64,000 nucleotides of DNA from the NCBI GenBank assembly GCA_964516915.1, contig CAZEXS010000003.1, positions 50,861 through 114,860 on the forward strand. The letters run 5' to 3'. Shown here one piece after another: positions 16,234 through 26,407 of this stretch (the stretch's first letter is position 1; every line of letters begins with the position of its first letter). The notes below the pieces were generated by a model. It did no database searches. It was not told the origin of the DNA and saw only the letters and a list, made by a program, of their open reading frames with translations. Position numbers and translations under genes: made by a program. This DNA is from an uncultured Gammaproteobacteria bacterium (lineage in GTDB: Bacteria; Pseudomonadota; Gammaproteobacteria; Arenicellales; Arenicellaceae).

Positions 16234-18702
16234 CTATCCGAACAGGCGCTTCCAGAACGATTTTTTCTTTTTTCGTCGTTCGATTGGACGCTCTTCTTCA
16301 GAAGCTTCAAAATGCTTTAATTCGTCAAGCTCTGGTTCATAATCATACTGCATACGATTCGCACACGATATATTTTCACTATCCAAAGACGCTAGTAATA
16401 TAGGTAACCGCCTAGACAGTTCACAATCTACGGCAGAACTGTCTTGAGAATAATACACTTCACGAGTGATAATTTTTTCGCTGTAACCAAGCTCTAATCG
16501 CTGCAACGGCATGCTCTGCATTGCATTAGACCAAACTCTGGCGGCGCCACTCGCGCCAGTTAATCGGGTCGATTTATTATCATCTCTTCCAACCCAAACT
16601 ACCGTTAAATAATTACCGCTAAAACCCGCGAACCAACTGTCTCTGTAGTCATTTGTTGTGCCTGTTTTCCCGGCTAATCCGTAGTCAAATTGAAAACCAT
16701 TAAGAACACCTCGCCCGGTGCCATTGCGCACCGCGTCTTGCAACGCATAATTAATAAGGTGTGTGTGTTCAGGCTCAACCACTTGCTGTATGTCTAATGC
16801 GTAGCGGGCCAACGGAATGTCATCTTTGCTGAGCACAGATCTCACGGATTTTACCGGCGTTTTAAACCCTCCAGCAGCCAATGTTAGGTACATTCTGGCT
16901 ACATCAACCACCGTCATGGGCACCGCGCCTAATAACAATGATGGCAATTCATTTAGCGGCTCGTCGTGCCCAACACGGTGTAAAGTGTCCGCAACACGAC
17001 TTAGGCCTAACTCCATTCCCAAATTGACCGTGGCCAGATTATAAGAACGCGCTAAAGCATCGATCAGCATCACCTCGCCATGAGGCGTGCCATCGTAATT
17101 ATTGGGTGTCCAGTCCGGGCTGCCTTTTTGTTTAACCGTTATCGGCACGTCTCTGACATTAGTCGCCAAGGAATACCGCTCTGAGGATTCTAGGGCAGTC
17201 AAATAAATAAAGGGCTTCAGCAACGAACCAACCGGTCGGCGCGCCTTTAAGGCTCTGTTATAGCCGGCAAAGCTGGGGTTTCGATCACCGACCATGGCAA
17301 CAACTTCGCCATTATCCGTTCTCATTACAACCGCCGCAACTTGCAAGCTGTCTATTTCGAGACTGCGTTGCTTTTCGATTTTGGCGAGTTCGCTCACCAC
17401 TGCCGACTCTAAGTTTGCTTGAATCCGCGGATTTAATGTCGTGTGAATTTGCAATCCGTCGCTGTGTAAGTCGCTCTGTTGATACACATCTTTCAAGTTT
17501 TCACGTACCAAGCCCATAAAACTTGGATATGAGAGTGTCGCAGCGCGACCGGCAACAGCGCCAAGGCGCAATGCTGAAGACTTGGCTATTTCAAACTGCC
17601 GCTGATCGATCTTATCAGCCCGCAGCATGGCCGTCAGAACTACGTCGCGCTTTTTGGTCACCCGTTCTGGGCGTCGCAGCGGGTTATACCGACTTGGCGC
17701 ATTGTTTATAGCAACCAAGGTCGCTATTTCACTCAAATTCAATTCATTTAACGGCCGACCATAATAGTGCATACTGGCCAAACCAAAGCCATGAATGGCT
17801 CGATTGCCCGCCTGCCCTAAGTTAACTTCATTGATATAGGCTTGCAGTACTTCCTCCTTGGAATAGTGCAGTTCCAATAAAACCGCCATGATCATTTCAG
17901 GAATTTTTCGGCGTAAACTGCGCTCCGAGTTAAGATAATAATTTTTAACCAGTTGTTGAGTCAGCGAACTGCCACCGCCAATCATTTTCCCTGTTTTCAA
18001 TGCATGCAGAAACACCCGAGCAAGCCCTTTAAAATTAATTCCAAAGTGAGAATAAAATTGACGATCTTCATAGGCAATAAGGCCATCTATCAATGGCTGA
18101 GGCACATCCTCAAGCCTGACCAGAGCCCTGTCCTCGTGCATCATGGGCGACACGCTACCAAACAAACGAGGTTCTAGGCGTATAATTTCCGTCTCAGACG
18201 ACTGCCCCAAGGCATTAATAACGTCAATGCGAGTGATTCGACCGTCTCGTATTGCCAATTTAACCAGCTGGCGCGGGCGCAAGCCATCCCAAAACCGAAA
18301 AGCGCGCTGGTGAATTGACAGCTCAAGCGAATTGAGACCATAGCTACCAACTCTACTGGCCTTTTCTAACTTTAGATAACCAAGTTCCGAGAGCTCAGAC
18401 TCGACCAAAACCGGGTCGAAGGATTGGCCCACATACAGTTCCATGGGGCGCGTGTAAACGTGCGCTGGCAAGGCCCACTTTTGTCCTTCGAATTGACGGC
18501 GAATCGTAATATCTAGATACACTGTGTACGCTAGCCCGATAACCGCCAACGTTAACAGCGAACGTAAAACCAAATACTTACTTCCACGCCAAACAATGGT
18601 TGTACCAACCGCCTTTTTATTCGTTTTCGCAGCTGGCTTTTTCGACCCCATACCAGAGCCTTGTTTGCTCGCCTTTTTCTTACTTACTTTCTTCTTGTTC
18701 AT
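16234..18702 (-). CDS. mrcB: Penicillin-binding protein 1B (bifunctional glycosyltransferase/transpeptidase)
   Basis: Basic cytoplasmic tail plus a TM segment. GT51 motifs (EDRQFYSHFGI, GGSSLTQQL) and transpeptidase motifs SLLKP and KTGTT. Confidence 0.93.
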   Translation of the reverse strand: MNKKKVSKKKASKQGSGMGSKKPAAKTNKKAVGTTIVWRGSKYLVLRSLLTLAVIGLAYTVYLDITIRRQFEGQKWALPAHVYTRPMELYVGQSFDPVLVESELSELGYLKLEKASRVGSYGLNSLELSIHQRAFRFWDGLRPRQLVKLAIRDGRITRIDVINALGQSSETEIIRLEPRLFGSVSPMMHEDRALVRLEDVPQPLIDGLIAYEDRQFYSHFGINFKGLARVFLHALKTGKMIGGGSSLTQQLVKNYYLNSERSLRRKIPEMIMAVLLELHYSKEEVLQAYINEVNLGQAGNRAIHGFGLASMHYYGRPLNELNLSEIATLVAINNAPSRYNPLRRPERVTKKRDVVLTAMLRADKIDQRQFEIAKSSALRLGAVAGRAATLSYPSFMGLVRENLKDVYQQSDLHSDGLQIHTTLNPRIQANLESAVVSELAKIEKQRSLEIDSLQVAAVVMRTDNGEVVAMVGDRNPSFAGYNRALKARRPVGSLLKPFIYLTALESSERYSLATNVRDVPITVKQKGSPDWTPNNYDGTPHGEVMLIDALARSYNLATVNLGMELGLSRVADTLHRVGHDEPLNELPSLLLGAVPMTVVDVARMYLTLAAGGFKTPVKSVRSVLSKDDIPLARYALDIQQVVEPEHTHLINYALQDAVRNGTGRGVLNGFQFDYGLAGKTGTTNDYRDSWFAGFSGNYLTVVWVGRDDNKSTRLTGASGAARVWSNAMQSMPLQRLELGYSEKIITREVYYSQDSSAVDCELSRRLPILLASLDSENISCANRMQYDYEPELDELKHFEASEEERPIERRKKKKSFWKRLFG

Positions 18703-18955
18703 TATTGGGCTCTATAGCCAAATTTGCCCCACACATAACATCAATCATCGCCTATTTTCATGCTACGAGCGGCTTTTTTATATGCCAATTTAACCACAGA
18801 CCACTGACAAATTTTGACAAGCTAACTCTGATGTAACCGCCCAATCCCATTATGCGACCGCCCATCTGACCCTATTTATTTAAAATCAACAACTTATAAA
18901 GACAATATAGATTATTACTTTAATAGATAATTGACACTCATTTACCACACAGGAT

Positions 18956-21055
18956 ATGATCTCCCAACAACTGAGAGGGTACCTGGTGACAACAACGATT
19001 CTAAATACGGAAATTGAGCAATATTCGGACTGGCGAGAGCGCGTGAGCGATGCTGTTCAGGATCTTAGCCGCTTCTTAAAAGACAACAATGTCACCGACC
19101 TTAGAACCCATCATCAATTTGAAGCTGTACTGGGTTCGTTGATAGACGATAACTTATCGGTCGCTTTTGTCGCTGAATTCTCACGCGGCAAATCAGAAAT
19201 GATCAACACCATTTTCTTTGGTGACTATAAACGACGAATATTGCCGTCGGGATCGGGGCGTACCACGATGTGCCCGACCGAACTTTTGTATGATCCTTCT
19301 CGCCCAAGTTCAATACGCTTATTACCGATCGAGTCACGAAAAAGCGATCAGCCCTTATTCGAGTTAAAAAATGACATCGATCTATGGGAAGAAGTCGAGT
19401 TTGACCCAAACGATGTCGAAAGCGTAGCACGTGCATTAAATGGCATGACGGCCAGCAAACTGGTCAGCAAAGCTTACGCGAAGCAGCTGAACTTCGACTT
19501 ATTGGAAAATGAGAATTCAGAGGTTGGCTTACCAGTAAATAAATACGATGAGGTAGAAATACCGAGTTGGCGCCACGCTATTATCAATCTACCACACCCG
19601 TTACTTAAACAAGGCTTGGTGATACTCGATACGCCTGGCTTAAATGCGATCGGTACTGAGCCAGAACTGACCATCAATCAATTGGCCACGGCGCATACGG
19701 TGATTTTCATTTTATCTCACGATACCGGTGTAACATCGACCGATCTCGAGTTATGGGAAACGCACTTAGACGGCGTCAGTCATAAACGCAAATCGGCCAA
19801 AGACCAAGGGCCAGACCTTAAGAACCAGCTCAAATTAGTGGCTTTGAATAAGATTGATGCGCTCTGGGACGGCATACGCAGCGACGAGCAAATTCAGAAA
19901 GAAATCGATGCCCAAGTAACCGCCACATCGAAGGCTTTGCGGCTAGATAAAGAGAATATTTTTCCAGTTTCGGCTCAGAAAGGTCTGCTAGCGAAGCTGG
20001 ATAATGACCAAGAACTTTTAGAACGAAGCAATATCGGCGCTTTAGAGCAAGCCATTGCTGAACGCTTAGTGCCTGAGAAGCGACGAATCGTGGTAGACAA
20101 AGTTCGCAACTCCTTGGAAAGCATACTTGAATCGGCCTCATCAATAATGGGCGGGCGTTTAAAAGACGCGGATGAGCACATCGCTGAACTACGCCAACTC
20201 AGCAGCAAAAACACCGACGTCATTTCACACATAATGGTGAAAGTTCAGGGTGAAAAATCGTCTCTTGAAGCAGACATGCAACGCTATCAAGCGCTGCGGG
20301 CGGTATACGCGAAAGAAACCACAAAGCTGACACGCATTCTATCGACTGATAAGCTGGAAAAATCCATCGCGATTACCAAGCACAATATGGCCAAGTGCGC
20401 CACCTCAATCACTCTACAGAAAACCATCTCCAAGTACTTTGAATATCTGAACCACCATCTGGATAAGGCGATTGAACAAGCGAATGAGATTGCCTCGCTT
20501 TCGGAAAATATTACGCGTGACTTTGAGAAGGATCACGGCATTGCCAATTTTAAAGTACGTCGCTTAAAACTCGAGCGTTATAAGCAAGACATTGCCAGGC
20601 TAGAAAACAAGCACAGTAATTTAAAGAAAACGCGAACACTGTTTTTTCGCGAGCAAATGTCGATCACCAATAAGTTCTATGAATCTGTGTGTGCTGCGTC
20701 CAGAAAAATTTTCAAGCACGCACTTAAAGATGCTACAAACTGGAATAACAATTTGATGGTGCCAATGGAAACGCATGTGCGCGAGCATCATACACAGCTT
20801 CGCCGCCGTCTCGAAAGTGTCAAGAGAATCCATCGTGCATCCGACACAGTTGAAACTCGACTACAAGAACTTAATGTACAACAGGGTGTTCTGGTAAAGC
20901 AAAATGATCAACTCACGGCCATGCAAAAGAAGCTCACAAGCTTGTTAGAAGAGCAGCCGGAAAAACCTGAAGTGATTATTGACGAAGAAGAAGAGAAAGC
21001 GAAGAAAACCGCTGAAATACTCTACTGGGACAACAAAAAACCCGTTTTATCTTAA
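18956..21055 (+). CDS. Bacterial dynamin-like GTPase (dynamin family protein)
   Basis: G1 EFSRGKSEMINTIF, G3 DTPGLNA and G4 LNKID, followed by a long helical/coiled-coil C-terminal half. The start is uncertain: the ATG at 18956 has a poorly spaced SD, while the GTG at 18986 follows GAGAGGG. Confidence 0.85.
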   Translation: MISQQLRGYLVTTTILNTEIEQYSDWRERVSDAVQDLSRFLKDNNVTDLRTHHQFEAVLGSLIDDNLSVAFVAEFSRGKSEMINTIFFGDYKRRILPSGSGRTTMCPTELLYDPSRPSSIRLLPIESRKSDQPLFELKNDIDLWEEVEFDPNDVESVARALNGMTASKLVSKAYAKQLNFDLLENENSEVGLPVNKYDEVEIPSWRHAIINLPHPLLKQGLVILDTPGLNAIGTEPELTINQLATAHTVIFILSHDTGVTSTDLELWETHLDGVSHKRKSAKDQGPDLKNQLKLVALNKIDALWDGIRSDEQIQKEIDAQVTATSKALRLDKENIFPVSAQKGLLAKLDNDQELLERSNIGALEQAIAERLVPEKRRIVVDKVRNSLESILESASSIMGGRLKDADEHIAELRQLSSKNTDVISHIMVKVQGEKSSLEADMQRYQALRAVYAKETTKLTRILSTDKLEKSIAITKHNMAKCATSITLQKTISKYFEYLNHHLDKAIEQANEIASLSENITRDFEKDHGIANFKVRRLKLERYKQDIARLENKHSNLKKTRTLFFREQMSITNKFYESVCAASRKIFKHALKDATNWNNNLMVPMETHVREHHTQLRRRLESVKRIHRASDTVETRLQELNVQQGVLVKQNDQLTAMQKKLTSLLEEQPEKPEVIIDEEEEKAKKTAEILYWDNKKPVLS

Positions 21056-21248
21056 CGTTAAATTACCCAACAACAGCTGGTTGATGCGCTGTGTTATATT
21101 TTGACTATCAAATGCGCACAAATTGTTGAAAAGGGTCAATAAGCCTTAGCAAACAGTACTTTTTGATATGACCGTATCTGCAAGTTAAATAAAATAACGT
21201 CAAACCTATTTCAAATACTTAAAAAAGCGTTTCATTCGAACCGAGTTT

Positions 21249-21578
21249 ATGTCCAGCCCCATAAAAACACTTGCAATAGCATTGACCTGTCTTTTTCTGC
21301 TCAGCGGTTGCTCAGCGCGATACGGCGCAGCCACTATCATTTCTCAACCAGCCGGCGCTGAAGTTATCAACACCGAGAATGATACGGTGATTGGTCTCAC
21401 CCCCTTGACGATGTCGTGGAAAGACACCAGTTCAAGCCGCCAATACGTGGCGCTGCGAATCAAAAAACCTGGCTACGAACCTAACGTGTCGCATTTTTGG
21501 TTGAGTATGCGTCATAGAACAGAGTCGTCAGCAAAAAAAGACCCTCAAGTCGTAAATGTCGTTTTAGACAAAAAGTAA
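21249..21578 (+). CDS. PEGA-domain lipoprotein
   Basis: Lipobox LLSGC. PEGA-like motif SQPAGAEVINTENDTVIGLTPL ... IKKPGYEP. Confidence 0.6.
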   Translation: MSSPIKTLAIALTCLFLLSGCSARYGAATIISQPAGAEVINTENDTVIGLTPLTMSWKDTSSSRQYVALRIKKPGYEPNVSHFWLSMRHRTESSAKKDPQVVNVVLDKK

Positions 21579-21588
21579 TGGGTTCAAT

Positions 21589-21632
21589 GTCGTGCTTGGT
21601 AAGGTCGTGCTTGGTAAGGTCGTGCTTGGTAA
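21589..21632. repeat. Three tandem copies of the 15-bp unit gtcgtgcttggtaag
   Basis: Perfect copies at 21589-21603 and 21604-21618. The third copy (21619-21632) is truncated by 1 nt. The repeat is intergenic, between convergent genes. Confidence 0.9.
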
Positions 21633-21708
21633 TATCGACATTCAATGGGGGCAATTTTGACCAGTCGGATATTTGTAATATCAGAAGTCTATTACCTTAA
21701 TTTAGCGC

Positions 21709-22026
<318 letters not shown>

Positions 22027-22524
22027 CTATGAATTCGATTTTACTTTGGCGTATTTGTCCACTAGCGCTGGGACAACATGACTTGGGACAAAGCTAGTAA
22101 CGTCCCCACCATAGTATGAAATTTCTCTCACTAAAGAAGAAGAGATAAAATAATTAGACTCTTGTGGCGTTAAAAATATAGTCTCAACATTACTATCAAG
22201 TCGACGGTTTGCCGACGCTAGTTGAAACTCATACTCAAAGTCCGAAACCGCCCGCAGACCGCGAATCACAAATTTAGCGTTCTTGCGCGCTACAAAATTG
22301 ACCAGCAAGTCATCAAACCTGTCTACATGCACATGTGGAATATCGATAACCGCCTTATCAACTAGGGCTATTCGCTCTTCGATGCTAAAAAGCGGGTTTT
22401 TACGAGGATTATCTGATACGGCGATAATTACCTCATCGAAAATTTGCTCAGCACGCGCAACAAGATCCAAATGCCCATTGGTTATTGGGTCAAAGGTTCC
22501 TGGGTAAATAGCTATCTTTTTCAT
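22027..22524 (-). CDS. coaD: Phosphopantetheine adenylyltransferase
   Basis: IAIYPGTFDPITNGHLD (T/HxGH motif). The ATG at 22524 (MKKIAIYPG) is preferred over the GTG at 22551, which would overlap rsmD. Confidence 0.93.
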   Translation of the reverse strand: MKKIAIYPGTFDPITNGHLDLVARAEQIFDEVIIAVSDNPRKNPLFSIEERIALVDKAVIDIPHVHVDRFDDLLVNFVARKNAKFVIRGLRAVSDFEYEFQLASANRRLDSNVETIFLTPQESNYFISSSLVREISYYGGDVTSFVPSHVVPALVDKYAKVKSNS

Positions 22525-22540
22525 CCGCGCAGTATACTCT

Positions 22541-23122
22541 TTATCGTTCACTTAGAGAATATAGACAAAAGCGACTCTGGCCAGTCTTTCCCTGTCTAAA
22601 TAGATACCAATGTTCAGGCACATCTAATTGCGGCTGAGTCGACGGCTGCTCTATATAAATCAGGGCATTATCAGTTAACCAGCCAGACTGCGATAAACCC
22701 TCGACCACTTTAGGCAGAAACTGCTTGGAGAACGGAGGGTCTAAAAACACAATATCGAAAGGTTGCGATGGTTTCGCTGATAAAAAGTGTTCGTAGCCTG
22801 TCGATATGACGCTGGCCTGATCAAGCCCAACTTCAAGCACACTCAGCGTGTTCTGTATTGATCGAGCGGCCAACGGATAAAGCTCTACAAACTGTACAAA
22901 AGCTGCCCCTCGTGACAAGCACTCTAAGCCTAGAGCGCCACTACCAGCAAATAAATCTAGGCAACGCGCGGCTTGCACATCATACATCAACCAATTAAAT
23001 AAGGTTTCGCGCACTCTATCGGTCGTTGGTCTTAAGCCCTCAGCATCGAGAACCTCAAGCTTTCGGCCACGCCATTGTCCAGAAATAATACGGATTGAGT
23101 TTGATTTAACGCGCTTGTTCAT
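22541..23122 (-). CDS. rsmD: 16S rRNA (guanine966-N2)-methyltransferase
   Basis: IISGQWRGRKL, RPTTDRVRETLFNW, and the DPPF motif (FLDPPF). Confidence 0.9.
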   Translation of the reverse strand: MNKRVKSNSIRIISGQWRGRKLEVLDAEGLRPTTDRVRETLFNWLMYDVQAARCLDLFAGSGALGLECLSRGAAFVQFVELYPLAARSIQNTLSVLEVGLDQASVISTGYEHFLSAKPSQPFDIVFLDPPFSKQFLPKVVEGLSQSGWLTDNALIYIEQPSTQPQLDVPEHWYLFRQGKTGQSRFCLYSLSER

Positions 23123-23195
23123 TGTGATTTTTTGGCTTATCCCTACAATATGCCCTTAGACAAATTATTGGCCAAACAATAGCATAAGGGGCACC

Positions 23196-24359
23196 ATGAG
23201 TGATCAAAATACGCCGCCGTTTTCGGGCGAAGGCTCAAACCAAACCGCCAATGAACATAACGGCAAAGACGGAGTAAACCGTAGCGAAAACCCTGCATCA
23301 CAGCCGACATCAGACCCGGAGACATCAACACAAGCCGAGCCGCAATCAGGCAAATCTAAGCGATCAGGCCTGGCGCGCTTTTTCTCTAGAAAGAAAAACA
23401 AAACCGACACGGTTGAAAGCGCTCAGCCGATTATTGAAACACCCGCCACCATTGAAGATGGTCTCGATAAAAGCAGCACGAGCCTAATGGGTAAAATTGG
23501 GCATGTTTTCAAAGGCTCTTACGACCTGAACGACGATCTTTTCGATGAGCTTGAAGAAGCGTTGATCACAAGTGACATCAGTGTTAACGCGAGTCTACGA
23601 TTGGTGGAAAGCCTGCGTGAGCGTGTTAAAGCGGATAAAATCCAAGATGCCCAAGGTGTTATTCAAGCTCTGCGCAACGAAGTGGCTGCCATACTGAAAC
23701 CAGCGGAACAAGATTGGGCCGTTTTCAATCAACGCCCATACGTCATGATTATGGTCGGCGTTAACGGTGTAGGAAAAACCACCACTATCGCGAAAATAGC
23801 CAAACAATTTCAAGATCAAGGTCGCTCTGTCATGCTGGCAGCCGCCGATACGTTTAGGGCCGCAGCCGTCGAGCAACTGCAAGAATGGGGCAAACGTATG
23901 GATATTCCGGTTGTTGCGCAAAAACACGGCGCTGATGCCGCGGCCGTAGCGCACGACGCACTGAATTCCGCTATCGTGAAAGGCTCACACGTATTAATGA
24001 TAGACACCGCTGGCCGTCTACACACTCAGTCAGATTTAATGGAGCAATTACAAAAAGTAAATCGTGTGCTAGGCAATTTAGACCCTTCTATGCCTCACGA
24101 GGTAATGCAAATTCTAGATGCGAGCACCGGTCAGAACGCACTTTCACAGCTCGAGCATTTTCAAAAAGCGGTTGGCGTTAACAGCGTTTGTCTAACAAAA
24201 TTGGACGGCTCGGCAAAAGGTGGAGTCGCCGTATCGCTAACCGAAAAATTCAATTTACCGATTCGTTATATTGGTGTTGGTGAAGGCTACTATGATCTTA
24301 AGCAATTCAATGCTCAAGATTTTGCCAATGCTTTAATACCCGATTTAAAACCGAATTAA
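23196..24359 (+). CDS. ftsY: Signal recognition particle receptor FtsY
   Basis: Acidic N-domain followed by the NG domain with GVNGVGKTTTIAK, DTAGR and TKLD. Confidence 0.95.
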   Translation: MSDQNTPPFSGEGSNQTANEHNGKDGVNRSENPASQPTSDPETSTQAEPQSGKSKRSGLARFFSRKKNKTDTVESAQPIIETPATIEDGLDKSSTSLMGKIGHVFKGSYDLNDDLFDELEEALITSDISVNASLRLVESLRERVKADKIQDAQGVIQALRNEVAAILKPAEQDWAVFNQRPYVMIMVGVNGVGKTTTIAKIAKQFQDQGRSVMLAAADTFRAAAVEQLQEWGKRMDIPVVAQKHGADAAAVAHDALNSAIVKGSHVLMIDTAGRLHTQSDLMEQLQKVNRVLGNLDPSMPHEVMQILDASTGQNALSQLEHFQKAVGVNSVCLTKLDGSAKGGVAVSLTEKFNLPIRYIGVGEGYYDLKQFNAQDFANALIPDLKPN

Positions 24360-24456
24360 GCTAAAACGCCTACTAGTTAGGTCTATCGAACAAATATCAA
24401 TGATACATAAGTAACCCCGCGCTATTATATAGACACACTTACATTGCTAACGAAAC

Positions 24457-25191
24457 ATGATAAAGCTCAGCCAAGTAAATAAACGCTACCCGAATGGACA
24501 TGAAGCGCTAAAAGACGTGAGCTTCGATATTGCTCAAGGTGAAATGGTGTTTTTAGCCGGGCACTCGGGCGCTGGTAAAAGCACTCTATTCAAACTCATA
24601 ACCCGCATTGAAAAGCCCACCTCAGGCCAATTGTTTGTTGATAAACAAAACGTCAGTCGTATGCGTGACTCAAAAGTACCCGCGTTGCGCCGCGAGATTG
24701 GCGTTATCTTCCAAGATCATAAATTACTAATGGATCGCACCGTTTTTGATAATGTGGCACTGCCTTTGATCGTCATTGGCATGCCTCACGATGAAATCAA
24801 AAAGCGAGTGCGCGCGGCGCTCAATAAAGTCGGTTTAGAGGGCAAACAAGAACAAAAGCCTGTGACCCTCTCTGGCGGTGAGCAACAACGAGTGGGCATA
24901 GCTCGGGCCGTCATCAATCGCCCAAACATACTGCTTGCAGATGAACCAACGGGCAATTTAGATGAAGCTCTTTCCGATGAAATAATTGATATTTTTGCTG
25001 ACTTTAATCGCGTGGGGGTCACCGTTTTAATAGCCACCCATGACCTTCGACAAGTTGAACGTCTTGGAAAACGGACCTTACACCTTGATAACGGAGAACT
25101 TGTTGGTGACTATCGACACAGCGATAAAGCCAACACCACACCTCTAGACTCAACCGACAGCCCTACGGCGGAGGCTGACAACAATGGGTAG
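24457..25191 (+). CDS. ftsE: Cell division ATP-binding protein FtsE
   Basis: Walker A GHSGAGKST, ABC signature LSGGEQQR and Walker B ILLADEPT. It sits between ftsY and ftsX. Confidence 0.95.
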   Translation: MIKLSQVNKRYPNGHEALKDVSFDIAQGEMVFLAGHSGAGKSTLFKLITRIEKPTSGQLFVDKQNVSRMRDSKVPALRREIGVIFQDHKLLMDRTVFDNVALPLIVIGMPHDEIKKRVRAALNKVGLEGKQEQKPVTLSGGEQQRVGIARAVINRPNILLADEPTGNLDEALSDEIIDIFADFNRVGVTVLIATHDLRQVERLGKRTLHLDNGELVGDYRHSDKANTTPLDSTDSPTAEADNNG

Positions 25192-26107
25192 TTATTTCAC
25201 TCGGCATATGCAGGTATTGGTCTCCACGTTTGGTGATATGGCCAGAACCCCTGCGACGGCAATAAACACAATATTAGTCATCGCAATCACATTATTGTTA
25301 CCCTCGTTGCTTTACGTCATTGTCAAAAGTTCGGAAGATTTGAGCGACACTTGGCAAGGGCGCCCACAAGTATCCGTGTTTTTGCAAAGCGATATGAGCC
25401 AAGCTGAATCGCAACTTATTTTTAATGAGATTAAACTTCATCCAGCCATTGAATTAGCCGAATTGATAACACCAAGCCAAGCATTAGAGGAGTTTAGGTT
25501 ATTGTCGAACAGCGCAACCTTATCAGAAGAACTGGCGTTTCTGGGTGAGAACCCACTGCCTCCGTCAATAGTGTTGATGCCCAATAAAAGCGCTGCAAAA
25601 CCCGCGGCGCTGGACGAACTAAAAGATCAATTGGAGAAAATCGAAGGCATAGACTCCATTCGTTTAGACCTAGAATGGACTGAGCGATTCACCGCAATTT
25701 TAGCAGTGGTCACGCGCGTAGGTATGCTGCTAAGCGCATTATTAGCGTTAGGCTTAGTATTAATCGTGAGCAATACCATTAAACTACTGATCTACAATCG
25801 TCGTGATGAAATCGAAATCACAAAACTGGTGGGTGGTACCAACGCCTTTGTACGCCGTCCATTTTTATACTACGGCATGCTTTTTGGGCTTTTTGGCTCA
25901 CTCGTCTCGCTGATATTTCTGATATTGGCGGCAAACTTAGTTGAACAACCAATCGCCAAACTAGCGTCTTTGTATCAACACAACTCTCTGCTTTATCAGA
26001 TTCAAGCCTGGGAGATTTTAAGCCTTATCGGTATTGGCTCTCTGCTAGGGTGGTTAGCGGCTCGTTGGTCAGTTGCACAACATTTGTGGAGAATTAAGCC
26101 CAAATAG
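25184..26107 (+). CDS. ftsX: Cell division permease-like protein FtsX
   Basis: Four TM segments with a large periplasmic loop. Overlaps ftsE by 8 nt. Confidence 0.9.
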   Translation: MGSYFTRHMQVLVSTFGDMARTPATAINTILVIAITLLLPSLLYVIVKSSEDLSDTWQGRPQVSVFLQSDMSQAESQLIFNEIKLHPAIELAELITPSQALEEFRLLSNSATLSEELAFLGENPLPPSIVLMPNKSAAKPAALDELKDQLEKIEGIDSIRLDLEWTERFTAILAVVTRVGMLLSALLALGLVLIVSNTIKLLIYNRRDEIEITKLVGGTNAFVRRPFLYYGMLFGLFGSLVSLIFLILAANLVEQPIAKLASLYQHNSLLYQIQAWEILSLIGIGSLLGWLAARWSVAQHLWRIKPK

Positions 26108-26407
26108 CCAAAGCAAGCATTCCTGCGTCGCATCTGTCGAAACATTACAAGTGATTAAGGTTTGCAACCAAACCGTCTTTAATTCTGTCTAAGTATAAGT
26201 GAATCACAAAAATTTCTTAATATTTTCAAATTGTTAGGATTATAAGAAGTTTTAATTTACTCAGAACACGAATTTATTAGCACTCTCACATATTGAGTGC
26301 TAATATTGTCAACAGACGATGACAAAGAGACGTTTTGTCAGACCAAATGAGAACTCAAGTTGCTTAATTATATGATTGTAAGGAACTAGAAGTTCAGGAG
26401 ACAGTAT

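Noticed and set aside
21589-21632. Possible CRISPR array (also considered for the repeats at 31665 and 10216)
   Set aside because: The repeats are 13-18 bp, directly abutting or nearly so, with no unique spacers and only 2-3 copies. There are no cas genes in the window.
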